Shown: piece after piece, positions 1 through 9,798 of the stretch | Position numbering within the stretch: the first letter of the stretch is position 1 | Layout of the letters: each line of letters begins with the position of its first letter | The notes under the pieces: model-generated | Seen by the model: the letters and a program-made list of their open reading frames with translations, nothing else | Told to the model about the DNA's origin: nothing | Database searches by the model: none | Assembly (NCBI GenBank): GCA_964390805.1 | Contig: CAYMKL010000014.1 | Coordinates: forward strand, 706 to 64,705 | Source of the DNA: an uncultured Anaerolineae bacterium | GTDB taxonomy: Bacteria; Chloroflexota; Anaerolineae; VGOG01 | Length of the DNA stretch: 64,000 nt | Direction: 5' to 3' | Program-made: the position numbers and the translations under genes

Positions 1-19
1 AGGTCATAGAAGCTGCAAC

Positions 20-48
20 TTGACAATGACCCCATTAGGCAGTACAAT
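20..48 (+). promoter_or_regulatory. sigma70-like promoter for the GT-C/PA14/NHL gene array
   Basis: TTGACA at 20-25, 17-nt spacer, TACAAT at 43-48; first gene ATG at 82 with GAGAGG about 8 nt upstream. Confidence 0.4.
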
Positions 49-81
49 TGTTGAACCTAATTCCCTAGAGAGGTGACACCA

Positions 82-3000
82 ATGCAAGAATCTCCACCTG
101 AGAAAAGCAGTTTCCTTGACACCCCTATTCGGCTTCTTTTCAACGTGAATTGGGAAACCGTTCTCTATCTACTTCTTATCACTGTGGCCATAGTTACCCG
201 CTTCTACGACCTGGGGGCGCGGGCGTTTAGCCACGATGAGAGTTGGCATGGCAATTGGTCCTGGAAGCTGTATGCCGGCCAGGGCTACAAACACGACCCT
301 GCCAGCCACGGCCCCTTTCTCTTTGAAGCCAATGCCCTCATCCACTTGCTCTTTGGCGTGAATAGCTACACGGCCCGCATCGTGCCCGCCCTGTTCGGTG
401 TGATCCTGGTTGCATTGCCCTATCTCTTTCGCAAGTGGCTGGGGCGAACGGGAGCGCTGATTACTTCGCTGCTGTTTCTCATCTCGCCCTCTCTCCTCTT
501 TTACTCCCGCTACATCCGCAACGATATCTACATCGTCGTTTGGACCCTCCTTCTCATCTTCGCCATGCTCAGATACCTGGAGGAACGTAAGAGCTTTCAC
601 CTCTATCTGCTGGTTGTGATCCTGTCCCTCTCCTTTTGCACCAAGGAAGTTACCTATATGAATGGCGCTATCCTCGGTTCCTTCCTGGTGCTACTCTTCT
701 TCGTCCAATGGCTTGGCGATAAGGAGCGTACGATAAAGAGCTTTCCCGCCTTCGAGCTGGCCCTGGTGATGGCTACCTTAGTCTTGCCTCTCCTCTCCGC
801 TTTTCCCGTCAAATTTCTTCTGCGTGCTAATCCCCTGGACTATGGCCAGGCAGGAATCGTTCGCTCCGGCGCAACCTTTCTTGTCCTTCTAGCCATCTCT
901 GCTATTATCGGCATCTGGTGGGATTGGAAGCGATGGCTCATCTCTGCTGGGCTCTTTTACGGCATCTACATCGTCCTTTATACTACCTTCTTCACCAACG
1001 GCCAGGGCTTCGCCACGGGTGTGCTCGGTTCCCTGGGCTATTGGCTGGCCCAACAAGACGTCCATCGCGGCAGCCAACCCTGGTTCTACTATTTTGTCCT
1101 CATGCCCATGTATGAGTTCGTGCCGCTGCTGTTCAGTTTCATGGGGTTGGGGTATTGCGTTGTTAGAAGAAATAGAGACGAGGGAAAGGAAACTCCGTCA
1201 GTCCCCTTTATCCCCTTTCTGATTTACTGGTTGCTCGCCAGCCTGGTTATCTACACCTGGGCCAGTGAGAGGATGCCCTGGCTAGTCGTGCACCCTGTCC
1301 TCCCGATGATGGTCATGACCGGATACTTCATCGGCCGGGTTTTCGAGCGGATTGATTGGCGGCGGACATGGCAAGGCGGTGGGCCGGTCCTGGCTCTTCT
1401 GCTGATCCTCACTCTCTTCGCTGGTTCGGCTCTGGTTACGGCGGGGCCGTTTCAGGGGAGATCGCTGACTCAACTGAGCCGGACTCTACAGTGGCTGTCG
1501 GCTCTGGTGGTAGGCGCGATCCTTGTCTTTGGCGTGGTGCGCTACTGGCGCGGTCTGGGGACCAGGCACAGCTTGCAGGTGGTCTTCGTCACCGTGTTTG
1601 TGCTTCTATGCGTTCTGACCATTCGCTTCAGTGGGATGGCAGCTTACATCAACTACGATACCGCCAAGGAGTTCATCGTCTATGCTCATGGCACTCCTGA
1701 TATTACGCTGACCATGAAAGAGATCGAGGATATCTCGCGGCGCACGGTGGGTGACAAGCAGATCAAAGTGGCCTACGACAACGAATCCACCTGGCCTTTC
1801 GAGTGGTACCTGCAAGAATACTCCAACCTGGCCTATTATGGCGCTCAGCCGTCAAAACAGGCCCTGGACGCACCGATAGTCCTCGTCGGCCCACCCAACG
1901 ATTCCAAGGTCAGGCCCTTCCTGGGCGACAACTACTATTGGTTCAAGCGGCGGATGATCTGGTGGCCTATGGAAGAGTACAAGAACTGGACTCCAAGCAA
2001 GCTCCTTGCTATTTTGCGGGATCCGGCCAAGCGGCGTGAGTGGTGGAACATCCTTTGGTATCGCAAGTACCCTCGCTCCACCAGCGACTGGTATCACAGG
2101 GACGAGTTCTATTTCTGCGTGCGCAAGGACGTAATCAACCAGCTCTGGGACCACGGCGTCGGCCCGGCCCCGATAGAACTGGTGGAGGATCCCTATGAAA
2201 AGGGCAAGCGCGAGGTGCCGGCCTTGCAGATGTGGGGCAGCCAGGGTAAGGGCAATAGTCAGTTCCAAGATCCTCGAGGCATCGCAGTGGACGAGGCGGG
2301 CAACGTCTACGTCGCCGATAGCGGCAACCATCGCATCCAGAAGTTCGACTCGAATGGCAACTTCCTCACTCAATGGGGGAGCCAGGGAAGCGAGACAGGT
2401 CAATTCCAGGAGCCGTGGGGCATTGCCCTGAACGCCGAAGGCCACGTCTACGTAGCTGATACCTGGAGCCACCGCATTCAGAAGTTCGACGACGAGGGGA
2501 AATTCTTGGCACAGTGGGGCGGCTACCGAGCTACTGGTGGCGCTGCGGTCGGCGAAGAGGGCTTCTTCTGGGGGCCGCGCGACATAGCTGTTGACGCGGG
2601 GGGCAACGTGTATGTTACCGATACAGGGAACAAGAGGGTGCAGGTATTCGGGCCCGATGACCAGTTCCTCGACCAATGGGGCGGTGTCGGCGTGGAGGAC
2701 GGCCTTATGGACGAGCCTGTGGGTATCGCCACTGACGAGGAGGGCAACATCTACGTGAACGACACCTGGAATCAGCGAGTGCAGAAGTTCGACCAAGACT
2801 TCAACTTCGTCACCAGTTGGCCGATAACTGGCTGGTACGGCCAGTCGGTGGTCAACAAGCCCTACCTGGCCGCTAGTGGAGGGCGCGTCTACGTCACCGA
2901 TCCTGAGGGCTACCGAGTGCTAGTCTTCGACCAGGATGGCGAATTCGTAGCCACCTTCGGTGAGTACGGCCTCGACAGCAAATCCTTCGCTCTGCCGACC

Positions 3001-3087
3001 GGCATCGCCGTGGATGGGGACGGCAACGTCTACGTGGTAGATTCGGCCAACCATCGAGTGATGAAGTTTGCACCAATTGGCCAATAG
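82..3087 (+). CDS. polytopic membrane protein: GT-C-fold glycosyltransferase-like domain (PMT_2/TIGR03663-like) fused to C-terminal NHL-repeat beta-propeller
   Basis: 1004-aa ORF (GTG 73 or ATG 82); N-terminal about 700 aa multi-TM region shares motifs with ORF 60042-61892 (RIVPALFG, LISPSLLFYSRY); 2230-3084 carries NHL repeats (YVADSGNHRIQKFD, YVADTWSHRIQKFD, YVTDTGNKRVQVF, YVNDTWNQRVQKFD, YVVDSANHRVMKF). Confidence 0.8.
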   Translation: MQESPPEKSSFLDTPIRLLFNVNWETVLYLLLITVAIVTRFYDLGARAFSHDESWHGNWSWKLYAGQGYKHDPASHGPFLFEANALIHLLFGVNSYTARIVPALFGVILVALPYLFRKWLGRTGALITSLLFLISPSLLFYSRYIRNDIYIVVWTLLLIFAMLRYLEERKSFHLYLLVVILSLSFCTKEVTYMNGAILGSFLVLLFFVQWLGDKERTIKSFPAFELALVMATLVLPLLSAFPVKFLLRANPLDYGQAGIVRSGATFLVLLAISAIIGIWWDWKRWLISAGLFYGIYIVLYTTFFTNGQGFATGVLGSLGYWLAQQDVHRGSQPWFYYFVLMPMYEFVPLLFSFMGLGYCVVRRNRDEGKETPSVPFIPFLIYWLLASLVIYTWASERMPWLVVHPVLPMMVMTGYFIGRVFERIDWRRTWQGGGPVLALLLILTLFAGSALVTAGPFQGRSLTQLSRTLQWLSALVVGAILVFGVVRYWRGLGTRHSLQVVFVTVFVLLCVLTIRFSGMAAYINYDTAKEFIVYAHGTPDITLTMKEIEDISRRTVGDKQIKVAYDNESTWPFEWYLQEYSNLAYYGAQPSKQALDAPIVLVGPPNDSKVRPFLGDNYYWFKRRMIWWPMEEYKNWTPSKLLAILRDPAKRREWWNILWYRKYPRSTSDWYHRDEFYFCVRKDVINQLWDHGVGPAPIELVEDPYEKGKREVPALQMWGSQGKGNSQFQDPRGIAVDEAGNVYVADSGNHRIQKFDSNGNFLTQWGSQGSETGQFQEPWGIALNAEGHVYVADTWSHRIQKFDDEGKFLAQWGGYRATGGAAVGEEGFFWGPRDIAVDAGGNVYVTDTGNKRVQVFGPDDQFLDQWGGVGVEDGLMDEPVGIATDEEGNIYVNDTWNQRVQKFDQDFNFVTSWPITGWYGQSVVNKPYLAASGGRVYVTDPEGYRVLVFDQDGEFVATFGEYGLDSKSFALPTGIAVDGDGNVYVVDSANHRVMKFAPIGQ

Positions 3088-3135
3088 CTAATATCCATTA
3101 GCCAGTAAGTGGCTATTGGATATTGGCCGATAACA
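3084..3135. repeat. inverted repeat/hairpin between first and second GT-C genes (TTGGATA heptamer family)
   Basis: GCCAATAGCTAATATCCA ... GCTATTGGATATTGGC inverted arms. Confidence 0.4.
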
Positions 3136-3176
3136 CTGTCATCCACCAGCTATCTGCTATCAGCCATCTGCCAACT

Positions 3177-6100
3177 ATGCGAGAACGACGCAAAATCACC
3201 AATCTAGTACTGACCCTGGCGGCAGTGGGCCTGGGGTTCTTCGCCCAGAGCCGCTTTCGAACGGACGCCATTCGCGATGTCTTGATCCTCTACCTCGTGG
3301 CGGTTGTGCTCCTGGTCTATGCCAACCGCAGTCGAAGCTCAAAGTCCAAAGCTCGAAGCTCAAAGACCGACGCGGAGGACTCCCTGACCCTTCGACAAGC
3401 TCAGGATACCACGACACGGCTGGGGATCTCGACACGCCAGTTGGGCTGGGGCCCTTCGACCATAAGCGGAGCGACGCTCAGGGCAGGCCTGGCGTTGCTG
3501 GCCCTGGCTGGGGTCTGCATGCTTCTCTCGCTGCGTCTCTTCGGGCGTGGTGCTCCCACCACCCGCGCCTGGATCCTCTACCTGGCCAGCATTGCCCTCT
3601 TCGTAGCAGCCTTCTGGGCCATGGAATCCACCCCGAAGCAGTGGAACCTCCGACAACTTCTGTCATTCGACCCTTCGGCTATACTCAGGGCAGGCGGAAT
3701 TAAGACACTGGCTCGACTCTGGCCTCCTAAGATACAGACCGTTATCTTGATAGCGATCCTCATTGTCGCTGCTGTTGTGCGCCTCTACAACCTGGACTCC
3801 CTCCCCTTCGGCGTATGGTATGACGAGGCTGACAATGGCTTATGGGCGATTAGGATCATGGAGGATAGCAGTTATCGTCCCATCTACGTGCAGTCCACGA
3901 ACCTGCCAGCTCATTTCCTTTACCTCGTTGTTCTCTCATTCAAGCTCTTCGGTGTCAATGTATTGGCCATCCGCCTGATCACCGCCGGCTTAGGTGTATT
4001 GACAGTTGTTGCCGTCTATCTTCTGGTCGGGGAGATTCTCGATCATCGCCTGGCGCTTGTGGCGGCCTTCCTCTTGGCGATCTCCCGCTGGGATGTGAAC
4101 TTCAGTCGGTTGGGAATGCACGGAGTGAGCACCCCCCTCTTCACTGCCCTGGCTGCCTATTATCTTATCAAAGCGCTGCGCACCGAGCGGCATCTGGACT
4201 TTGCCTGGGGAGGTGTAGCTTTAGGCCTGGGACTTTGCTTCTATGCTCCTTTCCGTCTCTTCCCCTTTGTCATTGGGCTGTTCCTGGTCCACAAGTCAAT
4301 TGTCGAAAGGGGCTTCGTGAGGCGCTATTATCTGGGCATTCTGGTCTTCGTCTTAGCGGCTCTTCTGGTCTTTGCGCCGGTAGGTCAGTTCGCCTGGCAG
4401 CACCCCAAGACCTTCTTTGATCGCACCAGCGTCACCTCGATATTCAAGGATAAGACTCGCTCCCAGGCCATCGAAGCAGTGCGCCAGAGTGCCAAGCAGC
4501 ATCTCCTGATGTTCAACTATCGCGGAGATCCCAATGGCCGCCACAACCTGCCCGGCAAGCCGATGCTGGACTTTGCCACCTCTGCCCTCTTTGTCCTGGG
4601 TTTGGGCTACAGCCTATCCCGTTGGCGCCAGCCCAAATACTGGCTGCTAGCATTCTGGCTCTTGGTGATGCTGTGCGGGGGGATCCTCTCCCTGGAGTTC
4701 GAGGCTCCCCAATCCCTGCGAGCCATCGGCACCCTGCCCGCGGCCTACGTCCTGGCTTGTGTCCCCCTGTACCTAATCGTCACGGAATGGGATAAGTCAG
4801 TGGGGCGCTGGTCCTGGCTGCCAACTGCTGCCTGCTGCTTGCTGTTAACCCATATCGGCTGGAAGAACATGCACACCTACTTCCAGGTGCAGGCCAAAGA
4901 CTTCGCTGTCTGGAACGCTTTCTCCACCGCCGAGACCCTCACCGCCCGCCGCATGGCCGAAATGGGCCCTGATTACGACTTCCACGTCATTTCCCTCTAT
5001 CATAACCATCCTGTCCTGCGCTTTCTGGCCAGGAACATAACCCAGTACAAGCGCCTGGAGACCAACGCCACGATGCCCCTGCGGGAGAGCGGGGAGCGGG
5101 AGGCGGTGCTCTTCTTTGATCCTGAGAGGCGTCCCCTGTTCCTGGAGGCCAGGCGATACTATCCTGGGGGCACCTTTGAGGAGTTTCAACCTCCCCATGG
5201 CGGCCCCGCTGTGCTATACTCTTGCCAATTGACGCCTGGGCAGATCAAGGACATCCAGGGATTAGTGGGCCGTTATTACCAGGGAAGCGAGGGGGAAGGG
5301 AAGCCCATCCTGGAAAGCAAAGATGCCCAGCTTAGCTTCGACTGGGAAACCGAGCCGCCCTTGCCAGGGCCCTTCAGTGCCCGCTGGGAGGGAATACTCT
5401 ACGTCCCGCGATATGGACCCTATAACCTGGGCTTGGTGGCCCCTGCCGCAGGCCAGGTCTACCTGGATGAGAACGTCCTGCTAGAAGAGCCTGGCGAGGC
5501 CAAGCTTCTCCTGGCCAAAGGCAACCATGCCCTGCGAGTGGAAGCAGAAGACGGGGAAGGACGGGTGGATCTCTACTGGCAGCCACCGGGAGAGCCACCT
5601 AATCCGATTCCTCAACAGTTCCTGTATACCGCCCCGCCGGTGACCAACAACGGCCTCTTGGGCCGCTACTACCGGGGCCTGGATTGGGCGGGAGAGCCAG
5701 CCCTGGAACAGATTGACCCCTCCCTGGCTCTCTATTTTCACGTCACTCTGCTGAGTAGACCCTACACCGTAGAATGGACAGGCAAACTAGAAGCCCCTAC
5801 CGCTGGGAGCTACGGCTTCGGACTGGAGTCCATTGACGATTCCTGGCTCTATGTTGACGGCCAGCCGGTAGTGGAAACCCACGTGCCCAACCAGTACCGT
5901 GAGGGACAGATCAGCCTGACAGCGGGCTGGCACGACATCACCGTGCGTTATGTGGACAGGACCAACCATTCCCACATCAATCTTTATTGGAGACCCCCTG
6001 GCAGCGGGCAGCAGATCATACCCTCAGAACGGCTTCTTCCACCCCAGGGGGCTTACCCTGAACTCGTGGTGCATGCACCGACGGCTCCTCCTGTGCCCGC

Positions 6101-6938
6101 GAAACCCCAGGAGATGGCCTTGGGCCAGCCTGAGGTCTGGGGTGGGCCAGGAACAGACGAGGGGCTGTTCAACGAGCCCCGGGACATCGCCGTTGACAAG
6201 GAGGGGAACGTCTACGTGGCCGATACCGGCAACCGCCGCATCCAGAAGTTCGACAGTCAGGGTGAATTCCTCCTGACCTGGAGCGGCGAGGAGGAGAACT
6301 TCGTCGAGCCTCTGGCTGTGATCGTGACCAGTCAGGGTCAGGTATTCGTCCTCGACTCCGAGCCGGGATGGATCTATCGTTTCACGGCCGACGGCGAGCC
6401 TCTGGGGCGCTTCGGCGGGCCGGAGGCCCAGCTCTTCCATCCTCGGGGAATGGCCATTGATGCTCAGGACAACATCTACATCGCCGACACCGGAGGCTGT
6501 CGCTTAATCAAATACGATGTCCAGGGTAACCGATTGACCCAATTCGGGGAGAAGGGAAGTGGCCCCGGCCAGCTCCTGGAGCCCATTGACGTGGCCATCG
6601 GCCCGGGAGGTGACCTATACGTGACTGACGTGGCCAACCTGCGGATTCAGCACTGGGACTTCTTCGGCCGCTATCAGGGTGAATGGGCCGTCTCCCCGGC
6701 CAGCGCCTACAACGGTCCTCACCTGGCCCTGGCTGCTGACGGCAGCCTCTTCGTCACTACCCCTGAGCAGCACGAAGTGCGGCGCTATTCCCGCGGGGGC
6801 GAGCTTCTGGGCCAATGGGGTGGTCCGGAGCAGTTCCGCATCCCCGTGGGACTCACCGTGGATGAATCGGGCAACCTGTACGTGGCCGATACCTTGAACC
6901 ACCGCGTTCAGAAGCTCGAGAGCAGGACACTTGAGTGA
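3177..6938 (+). CDS. GT-C (ArnT/PMT family 39/83-like) membrane glycosyltransferase-like protein fused to two PA14 domains and C-terminal NHL repeats
   Basis: Open frame from 3123 (TTG inside repeat), ATG 3177 more plausible; YDEADNG acidic GT-C loop motif; PA14-like blocks about 5255-5640 and 5650-6040 (GLVGRYYQG..., GLLGRYYRG...WLYVDGQ); NHL repeats 6125-6935 (YVADTGNRRIQKFD, YVADTLNHRVQKL); stop overlaps next gene. Confidence 0.8.
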   Translation: MRERRKITNLVLTLAAVGLGFFAQSRFRTDAIRDVLILYLVAVVLLVYANRSRSSKSKARSSKTDAEDSLTLRQAQDTTTRLGISTRQLGWGPSTISGATLRAGLALLALAGVCMLLSLRLFGRGAPTTRAWILYLASIALFVAAFWAMESTPKQWNLRQLLSFDPSAILRAGGIKTLARLWPPKIQTVILIAILIVAAVVRLYNLDSLPFGVWYDEADNGLWAIRIMEDSSYRPIYVQSTNLPAHFLYLVVLSFKLFGVNVLAIRLITAGLGVLTVVAVYLLVGEILDHRLALVAAFLLAISRWDVNFSRLGMHGVSTPLFTALAAYYLIKALRTERHLDFAWGGVALGLGLCFYAPFRLFPFVIGLFLVHKSIVERGFVRRYYLGILVFVLAALLVFAPVGQFAWQHPKTFFDRTSVTSIFKDKTRSQAIEAVRQSAKQHLLMFNYRGDPNGRHNLPGKPMLDFATSALFVLGLGYSLSRWRQPKYWLLAFWLLVMLCGGILSLEFEAPQSLRAIGTLPAAYVLACVPLYLIVTEWDKSVGRWSWLPTAACCLLLTHIGWKNMHTYFQVQAKDFAVWNAFSTAETLTARRMAEMGPDYDFHVISLYHNHPVLRFLARNITQYKRLETNATMPLRESGEREAVLFFDPERRPLFLEARRYYPGGTFEEFQPPHGGPAVLYSCQLTPGQIKDIQGLVGRYYQGSEGEGKPILESKDAQLSFDWETEPPLPGPFSARWEGILYVPRYGPYNLGLVAPAAGQVYLDENVLLEEPGEAKLLLAKGNHALRVEAEDGEGRVDLYWQPPGEPPNPIPQQFLYTAPPVTNNGLLGRYYRGLDWAGEPALEQIDPSLALYFHVTLLSRPYTVEWTGKLEAPTAGSYGFGLESIDDSWLYVDGQPVVETHVPNQYREGQISLTAGWHDITVRYVDRTNHSHINLYWRPPGSGQQIIPSERLLPPQGAYPELVVHAPTAPPVPAKPQEMALGQPEVWGGPGTDEGLFNEPRDIAVDKEGNVYVADTGNRRIQKFDSQGEFLLTWSGEEENFVEPLAVIVTSQGQVFVLDSEPGWIYRFTADGEPLGRFGGPEAQLFHPRGMAIDAQDNIYIADTGGCRLIKYDVQGNRLTQFGEKGSGPGQLLEPIDVAIGPGGDLYVTDVANLRIQHWDFFGRYQGEWAVSPASAYNGPHLALAADGSLFVTTPEQHEVRRYSRGGELLGQWGGPEQFRIPVGLTVDESGNLYVADTLNHRVQKLESRTLE
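3331..3370. repeat. heptanucleotide tandem array (CGAAGCT/CAAAGTC) in-frame in N-terminus of ORF2
   Basis: gtcgaagctcaaagtccaaagctcgaagctcaaagaccga encodes RSSKSKARSSKTD. Confidence 0.6.
3383..3408. repeat. PEPVEG/LRQAQD element copy (CCCTTCGACAAGCTCAGGA)
   Basis: cccttcgacaagctcagga encodes LTLRQAQD in ORF2. Confidence 0.6.
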
Positions 6939-6942
6939 AAGA

Positions 6943-9561
6943 ATGAAGCCCCTGCTGCTACTCGCAATTGCATTTGTCCTGGCCCTGTCAGGTCAGCGCT
7001 GGGTGGACCAGCGGATTAACCTGAGCGATGCAGCCATCCTTTACGGCGCAGCTATGGTGCTGGCCGCCTGTGCCTACCGGTCATTGGACAAGCGTCCAAC
7101 CCCTGCTAGAGCACCCGAGACCTCAGCATGGACTCGCGCCTGGCGCAGGCTCACCAACCTGGGTAGCTCCGCAAAGCGGATTCCCGCACAGATGCGCCCC
7201 AGGCTTTCCGGCCTGGCTGCATCGGCAAGGCGGATCTTCTCTGACAGTCGGCCCAGGATTGCTGACCTGGCCGGATCGGCCAAGCGCACCTTCACCGAGA
7301 GTTGGCCCAGGATCGCTACGCTGGCCGGCGCTGTTCTCGTTGGGCTGCTGTCCCTGCGCGACTTCAACCTGGGGCGATCCAACCAGGGTGTGCGCCTCTG
7401 GCTGCTCAGCCTGGCTCTGCTAGTGCTGGCTGCACGTTCGCCCTTTTGGTGGCCCTCATTGGCCTGGCTCCGCTATCTGCGGTCAAAGGCAGCGAGCTTC
7501 CCGACACGGTGGCCTGTCCTCCGAGCCGATGTCACGGCTGCTCTGCACCGGCGGGAGCTGTGGCTATTCGGCCTACTGGTGCTGGCAGCTATCTTCTTCC
7601 GTCTGTGGAACCTGGACGAGGTGCCGCCGGCCCTCCACGACGATTCGGCCATCAATGCTCTCCTCTCTTTGGAGGTACTTCAGGACCGTCCTTATACGCC
7701 GTACATGACGGGCATTGGAGCTGGTCACGAAAGTCTCTTCATCTACCTCATGGCCGGCCTCATGAAGCTGATCGGCCCTACAGTTCTGGCCGTCAAGCTG
7801 GCGGCAGCCTTGGTGGGTCTGGCCACCGTGGTGGCCTTCTATGTCTTCGCTCGATCTCTCTTCAATGATGAGCGTGCCTTCTGGGCAAACTTTCTCCTGG
7901 CCGCAGGCGGCTGGCACATCACCTTCAGCAAGGTGGGCTGGCGGGCTGTCATGGTGCCTCTCTTCGAGGTGCTGGCCTTCTACTTCCTCTGGCGCGGCCT
8001 CAAATCGGCGCGGAAATTGGATTTCGTGTGGGCCGGCCTGGCCGTGGCCATGGGCCTCAACACCTACGAAGGCGGCCGTATTGTTCCTGTCATCGTGGGC
8101 CTCTTCGTTCTCTACAAGCTCGCCACCGAGCGCGGCTTCCTGCGACGCAACTATCAGGGTCTCGCGGTTCTCGCCCTTGCCTTCGCCATGGGCATGATCC
8201 CGCTCGGGATATACATCGTCAAGCATCCCACCGAGTTCGTGGCCCGCAGCCAACAGGTCATGGTTGCCGGGCGAATCCGCGAGGTGGGCAATCTCTCCCC
8301 ATTGTGGGACAACGTCAAAGCAGCACTGCTGCTGTTCAACTACCGGGGCAACGGCAACGATTTCTTCATCAACGAACCACTCATGGACTCGCCCATGTCT
8401 GTGTTCTTCGTGCTGGGCGTGATATATAGTTTGGTCAATTGGCGCAAGCCGGCTCACTTCCTGTTGCTGAGCTGGACTGTTCTGACACTGATGCTGGGCG
8501 TGCTGGCCGTGCCCAATGGCAACCGCTGCATCGGCGCCATCCCACCAGCCTACATGTTCGCCGGCCTTTTCCTGAGCGTATGTTGGGAGCAGTTGACGGC
8601 AATTGCGCGGGTTGCCCTGGGAGAACGCCGCCAATGGTTGCTCGTCGCACTGGCAGTCCCAGTGCTCGTTGTCATCGCACAGGGCACCTATCGCGACTAC
8701 ATTGGGCCTTCACGGCGCCCAATGCATGGCTTCTTCGAAGATGGATTGGCGGCGGGCAAACTCACCAAGTCCTACCTGGACGACTATCACATCTTCCTCG
8801 GTGATCGCTACTACGTGGCCCGAATAGTGCGTTTCATTACCTATCGCTCCGGCGAGTCACCCTCTCAACGCCCCTACAACCTCTTCGACCCTACGGCAGT
8901 GCTTCTCTTCAATCAGTTCCCTCAAGACCGGCCGCTGGCCTTCTTGCTGGAGCCCACTACCCGCAACCGTCAAATCATGGACCTGTTGCAAGATAAGTTT
9001 CCCAGCGCCACCTATGCCAGGCTTATGGACCCCGACAAACCGGGACGAGTGGGATTGCTGGCCCTGACCGTGCCGGGTGAGGCCGACGTCTCAGTCGCAG
9101 GCTACCAGCAGGGCCTTCTGGCGCGTTACTACCGCGGACCGGACTGGAATGGTTCGGTGTTGTATGAGATGGTAGATCCCCTCATCGCCGTTCATTGGCA
9201 CCTACAGATTCCCTCGTTCAGCGTATGGTGGCAGGGAATCATCATTGCCCCCGAGTCTGGCGACTACGTCTTTGAAACGCTGTCCGATGATGGCTCATGG
9301 CTGTACATTGACGGTCAACTGGTGGTAGACAACGGAGGTGTGCACAGCTCACGCCGTGCTTCCAACAGTGTGAACCTGCAAGCTGGCCCGCACGATATTG
9401 ATATAAAGTACTTCCAAGATGGCGGTGGCGCCACCATGGAGGTCTTGTGGCAACCGCCTCGTGGCCCCATGGAATTCCTGCCAGCCCAGGTGCTCTTTCC
9501 GCCAGGTACTGTGGATGTGGCTTCGTTGCCCCCTATCACGCTTCCACCTGTGATGGAGTAG
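6943..9561 (+). CDS. GT-C (ArnT/PMT-like) membrane glycosyltransferase-like protein with one PA14 domain, ended by an in-frame TAG before a residual NHL repeat
   Basis: Frame open from TTG 6931, ATG 6943 likelier; HDDSAIN GT-C loop motif; PA14-like block about 9100-9490 (GLLARYYRGPDWNG...WLYIDGQLVVDN); TAG at 9559-9561. Confidence 0.75.
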   Translation: MKPLLLLAIAFVLALSGQRWVDQRINLSDAAILYGAAMVLAACAYRSLDKRPTPARAPETSAWTRAWRRLTNLGSSAKRIPAQMRPRLSGLAASARRIFSDSRPRIADLAGSAKRTFTESWPRIATLAGAVLVGLLSLRDFNLGRSNQGVRLWLLSLALLVLAARSPFWWPSLAWLRYLRSKAASFPTRWPVLRADVTAALHRRELWLFGLLVLAAIFFRLWNLDEVPPALHDDSAINALLSLEVLQDRPYTPYMTGIGAGHESLFIYLMAGLMKLIGPTVLAVKLAAALVGLATVVAFYVFARSLFNDERAFWANFLLAAGGWHITFSKVGWRAVMVPLFEVLAFYFLWRGLKSARKLDFVWAGLAVAMGLNTYEGGRIVPVIVGLFVLYKLATERGFLRRNYQGLAVLALAFAMGMIPLGIYIVKHPTEFVARSQQVMVAGRIREVGNLSPLWDNVKAALLLFNYRGNGNDFFINEPLMDSPMSVFFVLGVIYSLVNWRKPAHFLLLSWTVLTLMLGVLAVPNGNRCIGAIPPAYMFAGLFLSVCWEQLTAIARVALGERRQWLLVALAVPVLVVIAQGTYRDYIGPSRRPMHGFFEDGLAAGKLTKSYLDDYHIFLGDRYYVARIVRFITYRSGESPSQRPYNLFDPTAVLLFNQFPQDRPLAFLLEPTTRNRQIMDLLQDKFPSATYARLMDPDKPGRVGLLALTVPGEADVSVAGYQQGLLARYYRGPDWNGSVLYEMVDPLIAVHWHLQIPSFSVWWQGIIIAPESGDYVFETLSDDGSWLYIDGQLVVDNGGVHSSRRASNSVNLQAGPHDIDIKYFQDGGGATMEVLWQPPRGPMEFLPAQVLFPPGTVDVASLPPITLPPVME
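7177..7332 (+). repeat. three tandem 54-nt (18-aa) repeats in N-terminal region of ORF3
   Basis: units 7177-7230, 7231-7284, 7285-7332 encode KRIPAQMRPRLSGLAASA / RRIFSDSRPRIADLAGSA / KRTFTESWPRIATLAGAV. Confidence 0.7.
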
Positions 9562-9798
9562 GCGACACCGACGCCAGGGGTGCAGCAACCCGTGGCCCTT
9601 GCCACCCCGCTGCCGGTAGAGACCCCCGTTGGTGAACTGGGCACTGGCCAGTTCATCCTCCAGTGGGGTAACCAGGGTTCCGCTGCGGGGCAGTTTGAGG
9701 AGCCGGCGGAGGTAGCAGTGGATGTGGAGGGCAACGTCTACGTGGCCGACCTGGGCAACAAGCGGGTGCAGAAGTTCGAAAGCAAGAGATTACAATGA
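9562..9798 (+). pseudogene. detached single NHL repeat in frame with ORF3 (truncated tail; ATG at 9580 would give a 72-aa ORF)
   Basis: Same frame as 6931-9561, separated only by TAG; encodes ...QWGNQGSAAGQFEEPAEVAVDVEGNVYVADLGNKRVQKFE; stop overlaps ATG of next gene (ATGA). Confidence 0.4.

Noticed and set aside
1852-2796. 314-aa minus-strand ORF inside the NHL-repeat region of gene 82-3087
   Set aside because: Antisense shadow ORF typical of high-GC DNA. The plus-strand frame carries recognisable NHL repeats, while the minus frame is low-complexity with no motifs.
7573-8634. 353-aa minus-strand ORF within ORF3
   Set aside because: It is antisense to a well-supported GT-C membrane-domain coding frame. 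The composition (His/Glu/Gln-rich) looks like non-coding translation.
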